26,876 nucleotides of DNA from a virus (lineage: Duplodnaviria > Caudoviricetes). The position numbers and the translations under genes are program-made. Positions 1 through 10,400 of the stretch are shown here, one piece after another. Within the stretch, counting starts at the first letter, position 1, and each line of letters begins with the position of its first letter. Under the pieces are notes generated by a model. That model was not told the origin of the DNA, searched no databases, and saw only the letters and a list, made by a program, of their open reading frames with translations. The DNA is taken from IMG/VR virus record IMGVR_UViG_3300007542_000150, positions 1 through 26,876 of that record; one strand, 5' to 3'.

Positions 1-1491
1 AAGTGGGAATTCGACAAATGGGATGAGTTCTCCCGTGAGATGGTGAAGTATTGCCAGCAAGACGTTAAGGTAAACTATGACGTCTACAAAGCACTTCTAG
101 TTGAGTACTCAAAGATCTATGCTGTAAACCCTCTGATCAAAGAAGGTCTGAAAGTAGAGCATGACGTAGCAGTCTTCAATGCACGAGTCCGACATGACGG
201 TTGGCGTCTCGACACGGTCAAGGCGAATGCAACACTCAAGCGTATGCTAGATCGTATGGAAGAGATCGAGAATGATATGCTTCCAAAGCTTGGCATGAAG
301 ACTGTATGGATCGACAAAGAACCTCGCACACCTAAGTACAAGAACAACGGTGACTTCAATCATCACACAGTAAAGCAACTAGCGGAGTACCTAGGTCATG
401 AAGTTAAGTCAGGCGACACTCATCTTATTCAACCGACTGATACCTTCCAAAGGTCCCGACAAGAGCAAATCGAGTTGGGTTCCACAGAGCTCGTCAAAGA
501 CTGGCTCCTCCAAAACGGATGGAAACCAGACGAGTACCAAAAGAAGAAAGTCGGATTCGAGTGGGTCACAATGGGACCAAAACTTACGAGTACCTCCCTT
601 GCAGCGTTCGGACCGGAAGGACTCCTCATCGACGAGTTCTACACGCTCCGTGCCCGCAAGGCCGTTATCGAAGGGTGGCTCTCGAAGCAAGTAGATGGTC
701 GCATCCATGGTAATATGTGGACGTGTGGCACTCCAACCTTCCGATGCCGACACGAAGTCATCGTGAACCTACCAGGTAGTGATGCTATCTGGGGCAGAGA
801 GATCCGTGAGTTGCTAGCTGCTGACGAAGGCAAGGTAATCGTGGGTGCTGACTCTAGTGGCAACCAGCTACGCGGTCTGTGTCACTACGTGCGCAACGAT
901 GACTTTACTAAGGAAGTTATCTTCGGTGACCAGCACCAGCGGAATGCTGATAGTCTTGGCTGCTCACGTTCAATCGCCAAGTCTTATCTCTACGCATACT
1001 TATTTGGCGCTGGTGATGCAAAGCTGGGTCAAGTACTGACTGGTAAAGCGAATGCATCAGTAGGTAAGAAGTCCCGAGCTGACTTCGCCAAAGGCATCAA
1101 AGGCTTAGAAGAGCTGAAAGAGAAACTAGCTAAAGTATGGAAGAACACACGCTACGGTGGTGGTGACGGTAAGATCCCTGGTCTAGACGGTCGACCTATC
1201 TTCGTGCCCTCCGATCACCAAGCATTGAACTACCTACTTCAATCCGCTGAAGGTATCACATGCAAAGCCGCTGTATCATACGCAATGGCAAAGATCAAAG
1301 AAGAAGGGATCGAAGCCGAAGGCCGCATCTTCTATCATGATGAGATCGCGTATCAATGCAAGCCAGAAGATGCTAAGCGTGTAGGTGAGATCTTACAAGA
1401 AGCTTTTGCTGAAGCTCCTAAGTGGTTCAATGTAGTCTGTATGGACGGTGGTGCACCTTGCATCGGATCATCTTATGCGGACGTTCACTGA
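1..1491 (+). CDS. Family A (T7 gp5-like) DNA polymerase, 5'-truncated by the window
   Basis: Frame is open from base 1 (KWEFDKWDEFSREMVKYCQQDV, the Exo III-like YxxxD motif). Other motifs: GRIHG..TPTFR, motif A GADSSGNQLR, motif B RSIAKSYLYAYLFG, ALNYLLQS, motif C YHDE. Ends at TGA 1489-1491. Confidence 0.96.
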   Translation, partial: KWEFDKWDEFSREMVKYCQQDVKVNYDVYKALLVEYSKIYAVNPLIKEGLKVEHDVAVFNARVRHDGWRLDTVKANATLKRMLDRMEEIENDMLPKLGMKTVWIDKEPRTPKYKNNGDFNHHTVKQLAEYLGHEVKSGDTHLIQPTDTFQRSRQEQIELGSTELVKDWLLQNGWKPDEYQKKKVGFEWVTMGPKLTSTSLAAFGPEGLLIDEFYTLRARKAVIEGWLSKQVDGRIHGNMWTCGTPTFRCRHEVIVNLPGSDAIWGREIRELLAADEGKVIVGADSSGNQLRGLCHYVRNDDFTKEVIFGDQHQRNADSLGCSRSIAKSYLYAYLFGAGDAKLGQVLTGKANASVGKKSRADFAKGIKGLEELKEKLAKVWKNTRYGGGDGKIPGLDGRPIFVPSDHQALNYLLQSAEGITCKAAVSYAMAKIKEEGIEAEGRIFYHDEIAYQCKPEDAKRVGEILQEAFAEAPKWFNVVCMDGGAPCIGSSYADVH

Positions 1492-1778
1492 TGGATTGGG
1501 ATCTTGAAAGAGCAAAGAAGAAACCTGCGTGGAAGCGTAGAAGCAAGCTTCGTCAAGACTCAACACCGTGTGAACAATGCGGTGAGACGAGCTACAAGTT
1601 CGAACTTAAGAACGTGGTTCAGCCTATATGTATCCGTTGCTACCGACAAATCCAACAAGACGAGACAGACTTCACAATCTATGAAGGACGAATTGTCACA
1701 GATCAGAACATCAAAGGCTTTGGTGGTACTGGTGAACGCAAGAGAGACACAAAAGACTACTCAAAGAAATATGATTAA
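1491..1778 (+). CDS. Small basic Zn-finger protein (CxxC...CxxC), 95 aa
   Basis: The ATG overlaps the polymerase stop (TGATG), implying translational coupling. Contains CEQC and CIRC and fills the gap before the exonuclease. Confidence 0.65.
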   Translation: MDWDLERAKKKPAWKRRSKLRQDSTPCEQCGETSYKFELKNVVQPICIRCYRQIQQDETDFTIYEGRIVTDQNIKGFGGTGERKRDTKDYSKKYD

Positions 1779-1791
1779 GAAAGGAAACGTA

Positions 1792-2640
1792 ATGTTTCAA
1801 GATATCCTACTGATCGATGCAGACTCAATCTACTTCCGTATTGCGATGGTAACACAGAAGAAGAATGAAATCCGTAAAGGGATCAAACGTACTATGGAAG
1901 AGATCCGAAAGAACTGTGGAGTCGATAGATTCATGTGTGCCGTTAAAGGCGATGGTAACTTCCGTGAGCGAGTAGACCCTGACTACAAAGGGCATCGTAA
2001 AGCATTAGAACCAGAAATGAAAGCAGCTGTCTTATACGGACTCCAGCATATGATTGACGAGTATGGTGCAATTCCAGCAGACGATATGGAAGCAGATGAT
2101 CTAGTAAGCATCTGGGCATACGAAATGATGGATGCTGGAATGGAACCTATCATCGTAGCGATCGACAAAGACTTACTGCAGATTCCAGGTTGGCATTATA
2201 ACTTCGTTAAAAAGGATCCACCCCGGTACGTCAACGCAGATGAAGCTAACATGCTTCTGATGATGCAATGCTTGACAGGTGACACAGCCGACAACATCAA
2301 AGGCATCAAAGGAGTTGGTCCAAAGAAAGCTGAGAAGATCTTAGCAGGTGTTCCCATGGAACGTCGTTGGAATCGAGTAAAAGCAGCGTACCGGCAACAC
2401 AAAGCCGGTAAGCTCGAAAGCAACTGCATTCTCCTAAAGATGCTGAAAGACTGGCATGAGTATGAGAGCATCTTAAAGAAGTATCCAAATCTGAAGGAGA
2501 ACAAAACAGATGAAGACTCTACAAGTAAGTTTGAACGTGAAGCCGCTGAGCGCAAACATTATGTACCTGAGGAACCGTCACAAGACGGCAGCGTACAAGA
2601 AGTATCAGATGGAGATCCTGGACGAACTGAAGGGAACTGA
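1792..2640 (+). CDS. 5'-3' exonuclease (T7 gp6 / FEN-like)
   Basis: Motifs LLIDADSI, YKGHR, EADD, IDKDL and the helix-turn-helix GDTADNIKGIKGVGPKKA. Start placed at ATG 1792 after AAGGA rather than at 1504. Confidence 0.92.
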   Translation: MFQDILLIDADSIYFRIAMVTQKKNEIRKGIKRTMEEIRKNCGVDRFMCAVKGDGNFRERVDPDYKGHRKALEPEMKAAVLYGLQHMIDEYGAIPADDMEADDLVSIWAYEMMDAGMEPIIVAIDKDLLQIPGWHYNFVKKDPPRYVNADEANMLLMMQCLTGDTADNIKGIKGVGPKKAEKILAGVPMERRWNRVKAAYRQHKAGKLESNCILLKMLKDWHEYESILKKYPNLKENKTDEDSTSKFEREAAERKHYVPEEPSQDGSVQEVSDGDPGRTEGN

Positions 2641-2896
2641 GTGGCCATTTGGTAACTCGCCTGTGAACTTCGATATTGATGCTGGCTTCTCAACACGAGC
2701 AGCCGACATCGATAACGTTCTCAAACCTCTGCTTGATACGTTCCAATCTATCTACGATGACTTCAACGACAATAAGGTTTATGGCCTTACTGCTACAAAG
2801 TACATCGTACCTAAAGGCAAAGAGTTCCTTGTAGTGCGTATCGAAGAAACTACAGAAACTGACATTGAGAACTCAAAGCTTAAACCTAAGTCCTGA
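2510..2896 (+). CDS. RusA-like Holliday junction resolvase / endonuclease
   Basis: DIDNVLKPLLD...FNDNKV matches the RusA-type DxDNxxK..D / D pattern. AAGGAG RBS at 2494-2499. Overlaps the exonuclease 3' end. Confidence 0.8.
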   Translation: MKTLQVSLNVKPLSANIMYLRNRHKTAAYKKYQMEILDELKGTEWPFGNSPVNFDIDAGFSTRAADIDNVLKPLLDTFQSIYDDFNDNKVYGLTATKYIVPKGKEFLVVRIEETTETDIENSKLKPKS

Positions 2897-2917
2897 TGAA
2901 GGAGAAAGAGAGTCCAA

Positions 2918-4531
2918 ATGAAAGAAGCTTGCGATGAATGCGGAAGCTCTGACGCCAAGCATGTGTATGAAGACGGTCACACACATTGCTTCTCATGTAA
3001 CAAAACAACATTCCCCAAAGAAGAAAGTGCACCAGTGAAAACAACTACACCAACAACGAACACTTCAAACAACATCGCTGAGCTCCACTCTCTTAACAGC
3101 TATCCCATGTCGAGTCGTGGTATCAGTCAAGAGGTAGTAGAGTTCTTTGATGTCAAAATGGGCTTCGATGAGAACCGTAAACCTAAAAGCCACTACTATC
3201 CATACACAAAGAACAACACAACAACCGCTTACAAAGAACGACAACTTCCAAAGTCCTTCTACGTACATGGTGACTTCAAAGATGTTGATCTGTTTGGACA
3301 GTCTAAGTTCTCAGGTGGACGCACACTAGTTATCTGTGAAGGTGAGATTGACGTTCTGTCAGTCGCCCAAGCCTTCAAAGACTACAAAGGTGTTATCTAC
3401 CCTGTGGTTGGTCTGCCGAGCGCGAGTGATACGAACTCTGTCCTACGTCAGCGAGACTGGGTCAATGGCTTTGCCAAAGTCATTCTGATGATGGACCACG
3501 ATGAGGCTGGAGACAAAGCCACAGACGTCTTATCAAAGATGATCAAAGCTGGTAAAGCCTTCGTAGCTAAACTTCCTGAGAAGGATGCGAATGAAACACT
3601 AGTCAAACACGGCAAAGACGCTATCCTCCGAGCCATCTGGGACGCCAAGGAGTGGTCACCTGCAGGGATCGTGACAGGGGACAAGGTGTGGGAACATTTC
3701 CTCGCCCGTCAATCAGTAACATCTGTTCCATTCCCTGACTGCATGCAAGGCATTAATGACAAAGTAGGAGGAATGCGGCATGGTGAAATCACTCTGTTCA
3801 CTAGTGGTACTGGCTCAGGTAAGTCTACTATCATCAAAGAGATTATCCTCGATCTTCTCGACAAAACAGAAGACCGAGTTGGTCTTGTCAGCCTTGAGGA
3901 AAGCATCGGCGATACTGCAGAAAAGTTCGTATCAATGGCGCTCCGACGACCCATCTTGGGTGAACCTCCACTTACGGAAGAAGAGCTTAAAGTTGGCTTC
4001 GACAAAGTGTTTGGAGACGAACGGCTTGTCCTGCTCGATCACCAAGGATCTGTTGGAGACAGCTCCCTCATCGACAAGATCGAGTACATGTGCCTCATGG
4101 GATGTAAATATCTTGTTCTCGACCACATCACCATCGCCGTCTCGGAAGGAAGTGAAGGTCTATCAGGTAACGAAGCCATCGATAAGATCATGTCCGATCT
4201 GCTTAAGGTAGTTAAACGCCACAACGTTTGGCTAGGCTTGATCTCTCACCTACGTAAAGCACCTATGGGTAAATCATTCGAAGAAGGTAACATGCCTTCG
4301 ATCGATGAGATCAAAGGTTCAGGCTCGATCAAGCAAATCTCGTTTGACATCATTGCGTTCTGTCGTAACATGACCGCGGAAGATGAGCTCGAGCGTAACA
4401 CCATTAAGTACTCAGTCCTTAAATCGCGGTTCACAGGACGAACCGGTCCAGCAGGAGCAGCTAACTATGACCCTAAGACGACACGACTACAAAACGCAAA
4501 CAACATTGGATTCGAAGGTATTGACTTATGA
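2918..4531 (+). CDS. Primase-helicase (T7 gp4-like)
   Basis: N-terminal Zn ribbon CDECGSSD..HCFSC, TOPRIM EGEID and DHDEAG, Walker A SGTGSGKST, LDHIT, and KGSGSIKQ (SF4 helicase). Confidence 0.96.
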   Translation: MKEACDECGSSDAKHVYEDGHTHCFSCNKTTFPKEESAPVKTTTPTTNTSNNIAELHSLNSYPMSSRGISQEVVEFFDVKMGFDENRKPKSHYYPYTKNNTTTAYKERQLPKSFYVHGDFKDVDLFGQSKFSGGRTLVICEGEIDVLSVAQAFKDYKGVIYPVVGLPSASDTNSVLRQRDWVNGFAKVILMMDHDEAGDKATDVLSKMIKAGKAFVAKLPEKDANETLVKHGKDAILRAIWDAKEWSPAGIVTGDKVWEHFLARQSVTSVPFPDCMQGINDKVGGMRHGEITLFTSGTGSGKSTIIKEIILDLLDKTEDRVGLVSLEESIGDTAEKFVSMALRRPILGEPPLTEEELKVGFDKVFGDERLVLLDHQGSVGDSSLIDKIEYMCLMGCKYLVLDHITIAVSEGSEGLSGNEAIDKIMSDLLKVVKRHNVWLGLISHLRKAPMGKSFEEGNMPSIDEIKGSGSIKQISFDIIAFCRNMTAEDELERNTIKYSVLKSRFTGRTGPAGAANYDPKTTRLQNANNIGFEGIDL

Positions 4532-4964
4532 TCGGTACTATCTCGGTGTTGCTCAACTGACAAGTCAAATGTCTCATGACATTAAGATCCGAGTGGGTTC
4601 TATCATCGTACGCGATGGTCAGATCCTAAGTCAAGGCTGGAATGGCACGCCAAGTGGTATGTCTAACAACACACGTAACGCATTAGGCGAGACAAAGCCA
4701 GAGACGATTCATAGTGAAGAGAACGCGCTTATGAAACTCGCGAAGAACGGTGGTGGTTCTGATGGAGCCACCATCTACTGCACTCATAGTCCATGCTATG
4801 GATGCGCTAAGCTAATCCTCCAAGCGGGGATCAAAAGAGTAGTATACTCAGAACTGTACTGCTCTAAATCCCTAGACTTTATGAAAGAGAGAGGACTTGA
4901 ACTTGTATTCATTAGACCAAGTGATCGAGTATCTCAACAAGAAGATCAGCCGTGTAAACCTTAA
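4467..4964 (+). CDS. dCMP deaminase (Zn-dependent deoxycytidylate deaminase)
   Basis: VGSIIV, GWNGTPSG, HSEENA (HxE) and HSPCYGC (PCxxC). Start is uncertain: ATG 4467 after AGGAG, or TTG 4521. Confidence 0.9.
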   Translation: MTLRRHDYKTQTTLDSKVLTYDRYYLGVAQLTSQMSHDIKIRVGSIIVRDGQILSQGWNGTPSGMSNNTRNALGETKPETIHSEENALMKLAKNGGGSDGATIYCTHSPCYGCAKLILQAGIKRVVYSELYCSKSLDFMKERGLELVFIRPSDRVSQQEDQPCKP

Positions 4965-7086
4965 TAATCAAAAGGCTAACCGCGGAGGAGTTCTTGTTAA
5001 GACTCACCACGGCTGGGAAGATAAAATGGAAATGTTGGTAGCAATAACGTTTCAAATCATCCAATCCCAGTTCACAAGAACAGCAAACGACTATCTACCC
5101 GGCGAGTCTAGCCTTACTTCAACCTCAATGGTCATTGGTAAGGCTGTTGCAAGGTTGATCAGTAGAGAACCAATCAAGATAGAACACCAACTAACCATCG
5201 GAGACCTCTTCATCGAGGGCTTTGTGTATCATGGCTTTGCTGAGTTGATTCCTCCAACGCGACGAGACGAATCGTACATCCTCAAAGCAACACCTAAATG
5301 GGAAGAGCTAGCTGACATACCTTTAGACGTAGTGAAAGAGACAATCCTTGGAAGCTATAAAGAGCCTCAGCCAATCAGTAAGAACATGCATAAGATGCAC
5401 GACTACTTATATGATCCTGAAGCTCCTTACGTAATCGCAGTTAAGAACCTGCAAAACGTGAACTGGTCGATCAACACGTCGGTACTAGACAAAATCATTG
5501 CTCCACCTTCACAACCTGAAGAGAACGATGCTAAGGAGCAAAGACGTAGAAGCAAAGTGATTGAACATAGATTCATTACAGCCAAAGCAGAAGTCCTAAA
5601 AGAATGGGATTGCTTCTACCAAACGTTTGAGATTGACTATCGTGGTCGTATCTATAACACTGAACCGTTCTTGAACTACCAAAGCAGTGACATGGCTAAA
5701 GGTCTGCTGCTGTTTGCAGAGCCAAAGCCTATCAACGAGAGTGGTAAGTTCTGGTTGGCTGTCCACACAGCGTCTTGCTACAATCAGTCTTACAACATCA
5801 ACGAGATCCCAGAGTGGTGTGAAGAAGACTATAAGTCGCACCTAGAATCTGAAGGTCTTGAAGATATCTCTGTGGACAAGATGACGTTGAACGATCGGGC
5901 TGGTTGGACAATGGCAAACTGGGACAAGATCTTCAGCTGCGAGTTAGACCTCAAAGCAGAGAAGCCCTATATGTTCCTCGCTAGTTGCTATGAATGGGAC
6001 TTCGTTGAACGTACGGGTCTGACTCAGTTACCGGTAGCTATCGATGGTTCGAATAACGGCTGGCAGCACTTAGGTGCTATCAGTAAAGACTCTCAAACAG
6101 GAGAACTTGTAGGGCTCGTACCTAGTACAATCCAAAAGGACTTCTATGTACAGACAGCTAAGCGTCTGATCGAACTAGCTCAAGACGATGAGCGTCTCTC
6201 TGGCCTTCTCCAAAGTATGCCAATGAAGCATATCAGAAAGGGAATAAGCAAGAGAGGCAGCATGACACGCGCATACTCTGCAGGTGCTAGCAAGATCGCT
6301 GAGAACATGTACTTCGACGTTCGTGCTGAAGAGTTCACAGACAAGTATGGTATCACTCGCAAAGACTGCGACAAGCTAGCTAAGCTTTTAGTCAAAGCAA
6401 TTAACCATGTCTGTCCTGGTCCTCTACAAACGATGGCTTACCTACAAGAGCTTGCTCAATACCAAATAGGCAAGCATGAGCTGATCGGTGGAACACGAGC
6501 TGAGTTCAAGCAACTGAAAACTCGGCGTAGAGAACTACTGAGCAAAGGCGAACTAGAGAACGATGAGCTCGAGGAACTGAACGATGTGTCCATACAGATC
6601 AACAGCTTCTCATATGAACTCACGTACGGTAACGGTGAAACAACTATTGAGTGGGATACTCCATCAGGATTCCGTGCTCGCTACGAGAACTTCACCACTG
6701 TAGACTTCAAAGCCCGTGCGCGCCTCAATGGTAAAGATGTAAAGCACGTTCTCAAAACACCAACGGATCGACCTAACATCCGAGGGTTCATGAGCGGCAT
6801 CTCACCTAACTTCATCCACTCAATGGACGCAGCTCATATGGCACTCGTCATTGCTGATTGGGATGGAGCATTTGGAGCTGTTCACGACAGCTTCGCTACC
6901 CACGCTTCTGATGTTGAGGACCTACTTCAGAAAACTAAACAGGTGTTCATCGACATGTACACAAACGATAACTTCTTTGACACCATACGACAACAACTAA
7001 CCGATAACACAGACACAGTTGAGCAGCCTGCATTAGGTGAACTCGACATAGGAGACATCAATGACTCAACCTACTTCTTCTGCTGA
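4897..7086 (+). CDS. Compact T7-type single-subunit DNA-dependent RNA polymerase (729 aa)
   Basis: DYRGRIY..FLNYQSSD, motif A AIDGSNNGWQH (D383), motif B KRGSMTRAY (K452/Y460), SPNFIHSMDA, motif C VHDSF (D664). TTG start after AGAGGA. Confidence 0.95.
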   Translation: MNLYSLDQVIEYLNKKISRVNLNNQKANRGGVLVKTHHGWEDKMEMLVAITFQIIQSQFTRTANDYLPGESSLTSTSMVIGKAVARLISREPIKIEHQLTIGDLFIEGFVYHGFAELIPPTRRDESYILKATPKWEELADIPLDVVKETILGSYKEPQPISKNMHKMHDYLYDPEAPYVIAVKNLQNVNWSINTSVLDKIIAPPSQPEENDAKEQRRRSKVIEHRFITAKAEVLKEWDCFYQTFEIDYRGRIYNTEPFLNYQSSDMAKGLLLFAEPKPINESGKFWLAVHTASCYNQSYNINEIPEWCEEDYKSHLESEGLEDISVDKMTLNDRAGWTMANWDKIFSCELDLKAEKPYMFLASCYEWDFVERTGLTQLPVAIDGSNNGWQHLGAISKDSQTGELVGLVPSTIQKDFYVQTAKRLIELAQDDERLSGLLQSMPMKHIRKGISKRGSMTRAYSAGASKIAENMYFDVRAEEFTDKYGITRKDCDKLAKLLVKAINHVCPGPLQTMAYLQELAQYQIGKHELIGGTRAEFKQLKTRRRELLSKGELENDELEELNDVSIQINSFSYELTYGNGETTIEWDTPSGFRARYENFTTVDFKARARLNGKDVKHVLKTPTDRPNIRGFMSGISPNFIHSMDAAHMALVIADWDGAFGAVHDSFATHASDVEDLLQKTKQVFIDMYTNDNFFDTIRQQLTDNTDTVEQPALGELDIGDINDSTYFFC

Positions 7087-7336
7087 TAAAAAGAACTACA
7101 ACATTATGGCACTACGAGGTGCCTCAATCGACGATATGGAATACGTAGAGACGTTTGGATTAGACCCAGCACTCGCGTATACTCCAGCACTGAACGATGA
7201 GATGCTTCAAGTTGTGATGCAACAGAACATCGATGCAGGTATGGAAGAGAGTGAAGCGATTAAGATTCGCGACACGCATGCACAAGGTATCAAGCGACTG
7301 CTTGCTTCCAACGGCATGCTCCCATCTAAAAGCTAA
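7061..7336 (+). CDS. Hypothetical protein, 91 aa, last gene of the + arm
   Basis: AGGAG RBS at ~7050-7054, overlaps the RNAP stop, and ends just before the terminator. Confidence 0.75.
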   Translation: MTQPTSSADKKNYNIMALRGASIDDMEYVETFGLDPALAYTPALNDEMLQVVMQQNIDAGMEESEAIKIRDTHAQGIKRLLASNGMLPSKS

Positions 7337-7343
7337 CTACGAT

Positions 7344-7395
7344 AAAAAAGGCCACAAGGTTTCCCATTAGGGATTCCTTGTGGCCTTATTTTTTT
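7344..7395. terminator. Bidirectional rho-independent terminator between the convergent arms
   Basis: A6 tract, perfect 12-bp stem AAGGCCACAAGG/CCTTGTGGCCTT (7348-7359/7376-7387), apical TCCC-ATTA-GGGA, then a T7 tract. Confidence 0.9.
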
Positions 7396-7430
7396 GTACG
7401 TGTTAAGAGGATAAAACACAACGCAAAAGT

Positions 7431-10400
7431 TTAATGCGCATAATACTGCAAAGCAATAGTCTTACCTGACGGAGTCTTATAACCCTCTGCTAGGATCTCT
7501 TTACGGAGTTCAGCCTTCTGCTTGTTAGTGAAGTTGATTGCTCTCGTTAGTCGAGAATCCACATCGAGTATCTTAGCTAACGACTCAGTAAACGTACGAA
7601 CCTGTAAAACAGTAGGCTCTGCTGGAGGATTAAGCCAGTCGTACCCAACACTTCTCATAGTATCTTGGAAGCGACGAACTACGTTACCAAAGTCGATACC
7701 TCGCTTCTCAAAAGCCGCCATGTTACCAATACGCTTGTTGAAGTTCGGCATAGTTTGGTTACCCTTTTCGCTTTCACCCTCCTTGAGAATCCAACGCATA
7801 TACGCTGCTTCATTCTCAGTAGCTGCAGACTTAGGGTCTCTCTTGGAGATCTCAGAACGCCACTTAGACATAGCATCCCGCAAAGACTTCTGAGTCTCTT
7901 CAAGATACGACCAGTCCATGGCAGTGTCTAACCAGTTGCTGTTGACTTCTTCAAGGATAACATCGTATCCCATAGCGTCCGTCTTGAAAGCATCGTAGAC
8001 AGTGTGGACATACGGGTTACCACCGCTGGCCTGCTTGAGTCGATTCCAACTCTTACCTGCCGTAGAGAGTGCCACTGTTGCGGCGTCTAACGACTGAACA
8101 GGTCCAACTACAGCACCACCATACGCATAATCACCATACGAAAGCTGGCCGTCATATTCACGAGGTGCAGCAGCTGTCGGCTCACTCTGCTGATGATAGG
8201 CAGAGAACTCCTTAGTACCGCCGACGACGTTCTCACCACGGATACGATACTTTGTATCAGTAGCTTCACCAGGCATCTGCATGTCACGACCAAAGTGTAA
8301 GTCGTTTCCAACAGGACCTTTGATAGCCATGACTTGGTTCATTGCAGCGTACATCGCAGCGGATGACCGCATGATAGATCGAGATGCGAGTGCCTCTGGA
8401 GACATGACCGACTCAAGAGCAGGACCGTACACCGTCATAAGAGTATCACCGAAGACCTTACGATCAGGTAGTCGAGACTCAACAGTTACAGCGGAGGCTA
8501 AAAACTGGGCGCGCAATTCCGCATCTTTGATGAGAAGAGGGTTAGCTTTCAACTGATTGAACGCATCAACCATGTGACCACTGAAGGAATAGACTTCCTT
8601 ACCGTAACCAAACGTCATAGTTGTCTGCTTGTTCAACTCCCGATAGGAGAACACAGCGCGGGCAACAGCGTTAAGTTCAGAAGAGAACTCATGAACATCA
8701 CCGTCGAACCCATTAGTGTCCACCATATGGAGAAGAGTGTCACGCAAAGCATCGCGCACATCTCCCTCATCAAGGTAGTCTGTCTTACTAGTGCGAAGAA
8801 CACCCGTCTGACGAGCTGTCTTAGAGTTACCCATTTGGATACCGTTAGATGCGATGCCGTTAGTCTTACCATCGATGTACGCGTTGAAGTACGAGTAGTG
8901 TGTACGACCATCACGACGAGCCTTGAGGTACTTAGCAGCATCCATCAAACCATCAATATAATGAGGACCATCTTCACCTTTCGCTTCGATACTCTTGATT
9001 AACTCAGCATCCTTCTCCGGATCAAGACTGATGCCTTTAATCTGAGGGAATGCAGGGTCGGTCAGAGAGACACCTTGTTCAATGGCCTCGCTAATGGCGT
9101 CCGCTTCTGCTTCGGTCATCTCTAAGGCACCACTGAGGCGATCTCCCCATGCTTCTAGCTGATTAGCATACGCCTCGAACTTCTGTTCACGAACGTTAGG
9201 CAGAGCTGCATCAGCATCTGGTACTAGCATCATCGCGTACATCTGCTTGAGATTGCTCTCGACCCGTGAACCTGGCTTAGCAGGAGATGGCACAGCGTTA
9301 CGAGTTACAAAGCGCACTGTCTTAGACGAAGTTGGGTTGAACTTAGACTGCTGCGGGGATACACGACCTTGAAAGCCTTGCACTGCATATGTCAAATAGT
9401 TCGCGCCATTCCGCTCGACTGCAATAGACTGAATGTGTTGGGCGAGCTTATCTGCTGCCTTGTTCATCTCTACATTTGCAAGTTCAGGACCATGAATAGC
9501 TGTGTACTCAGCGACCTTTGCGGGCCCGACGTTATGAAGGTTGGCTATCGGATTCGAGAAATCACCTGACTGTAAAATAGGAAGTGCAGTTGAGTAGAGG
9601 ATACGAAGACGCTGCTTGTCTACAACATTAGGAATCTGCGACATGTTATGCATTGATTGCTCAATTACCTTGCCGAATGACTGCTTGCCGACTTGACCTT
9701 GCACGTTCTTTACTTCGTTATCGCCTACGTCACCTGTAAGACGACCCTTTGGTGGAGGGTTCTTTGCAGGGCGCACGTTCTTAGACGGGAACAAACGACG
9801 GCGAGTATCTACGCCCTTGGCGAGAACGTCCTCACCTTCAGGCGTCAGCTCGTAATAGTTCTGTCGAGTCTTTGTATCACGTACCACATTGACGAGATTA
9901 GGATTTTGTACAGCCCACATCGTCTTGAATACATCACCTAGTGTCTCTGCTTCTTTTGTAGGGATCTTCTGTGGAGTCTCATTACCAGACAATCGCTGAT
10001 ACTCAAGAGCGATCTGCTGTCCAATATGGGCATTACCTTGCTGCTTAGCAACACGGGAAGGAGCCTTAGAAGAAGCGCCTAGTTGATCAGAGGACTGTTC
10101 GCCTTGGGAGTTCGTGATAGGATCCGCTTCAGATTCAAAGTCGAGATCCTGACTACCTTCTGCCAGAGTCATGAGCATGTTCTCAGTGACAATAGAGCCA
10201 GCTTTGATCAAGTCAGGATTAACAACTGGCTTTCGTGGGTCAGTATTGTCTACCGCACTCAATCGGTTCAAGGCAGCCTGCACAGCACCTTCACGCTCAG
10301 CTGCGATAGCTTCTGCGATCTGTGGACCTGATGCACCTTCTGTTGCCGGAATAAAACCAGGCGTATTCTGTAGGTATGCAGGTGGAACAAGCCCACCGAT

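Noticed and set aside
1504-1791. 96-aa N-terminal extension of the exonuclease given by the ORF track
   Set aside because: It overlaps the coupled Zn-finger ORF, and the nuclease motifs and an RBS begin at ATG 1792.
4383-4466. Long N-terminus of dCMP deaminase from ATG 4383
   Set aside because: It lies deep within the helicase gene with no good RBS. Later starts fit the domain better.
7396-7470. AAGAGGA RBS-like sequence after the terminator, suggesting a small + strand ORF
   Set aside because: The nearest ATG is more than 20 nt away, and the ORF would be ~11 codons antisense to the RNAP 3' end.
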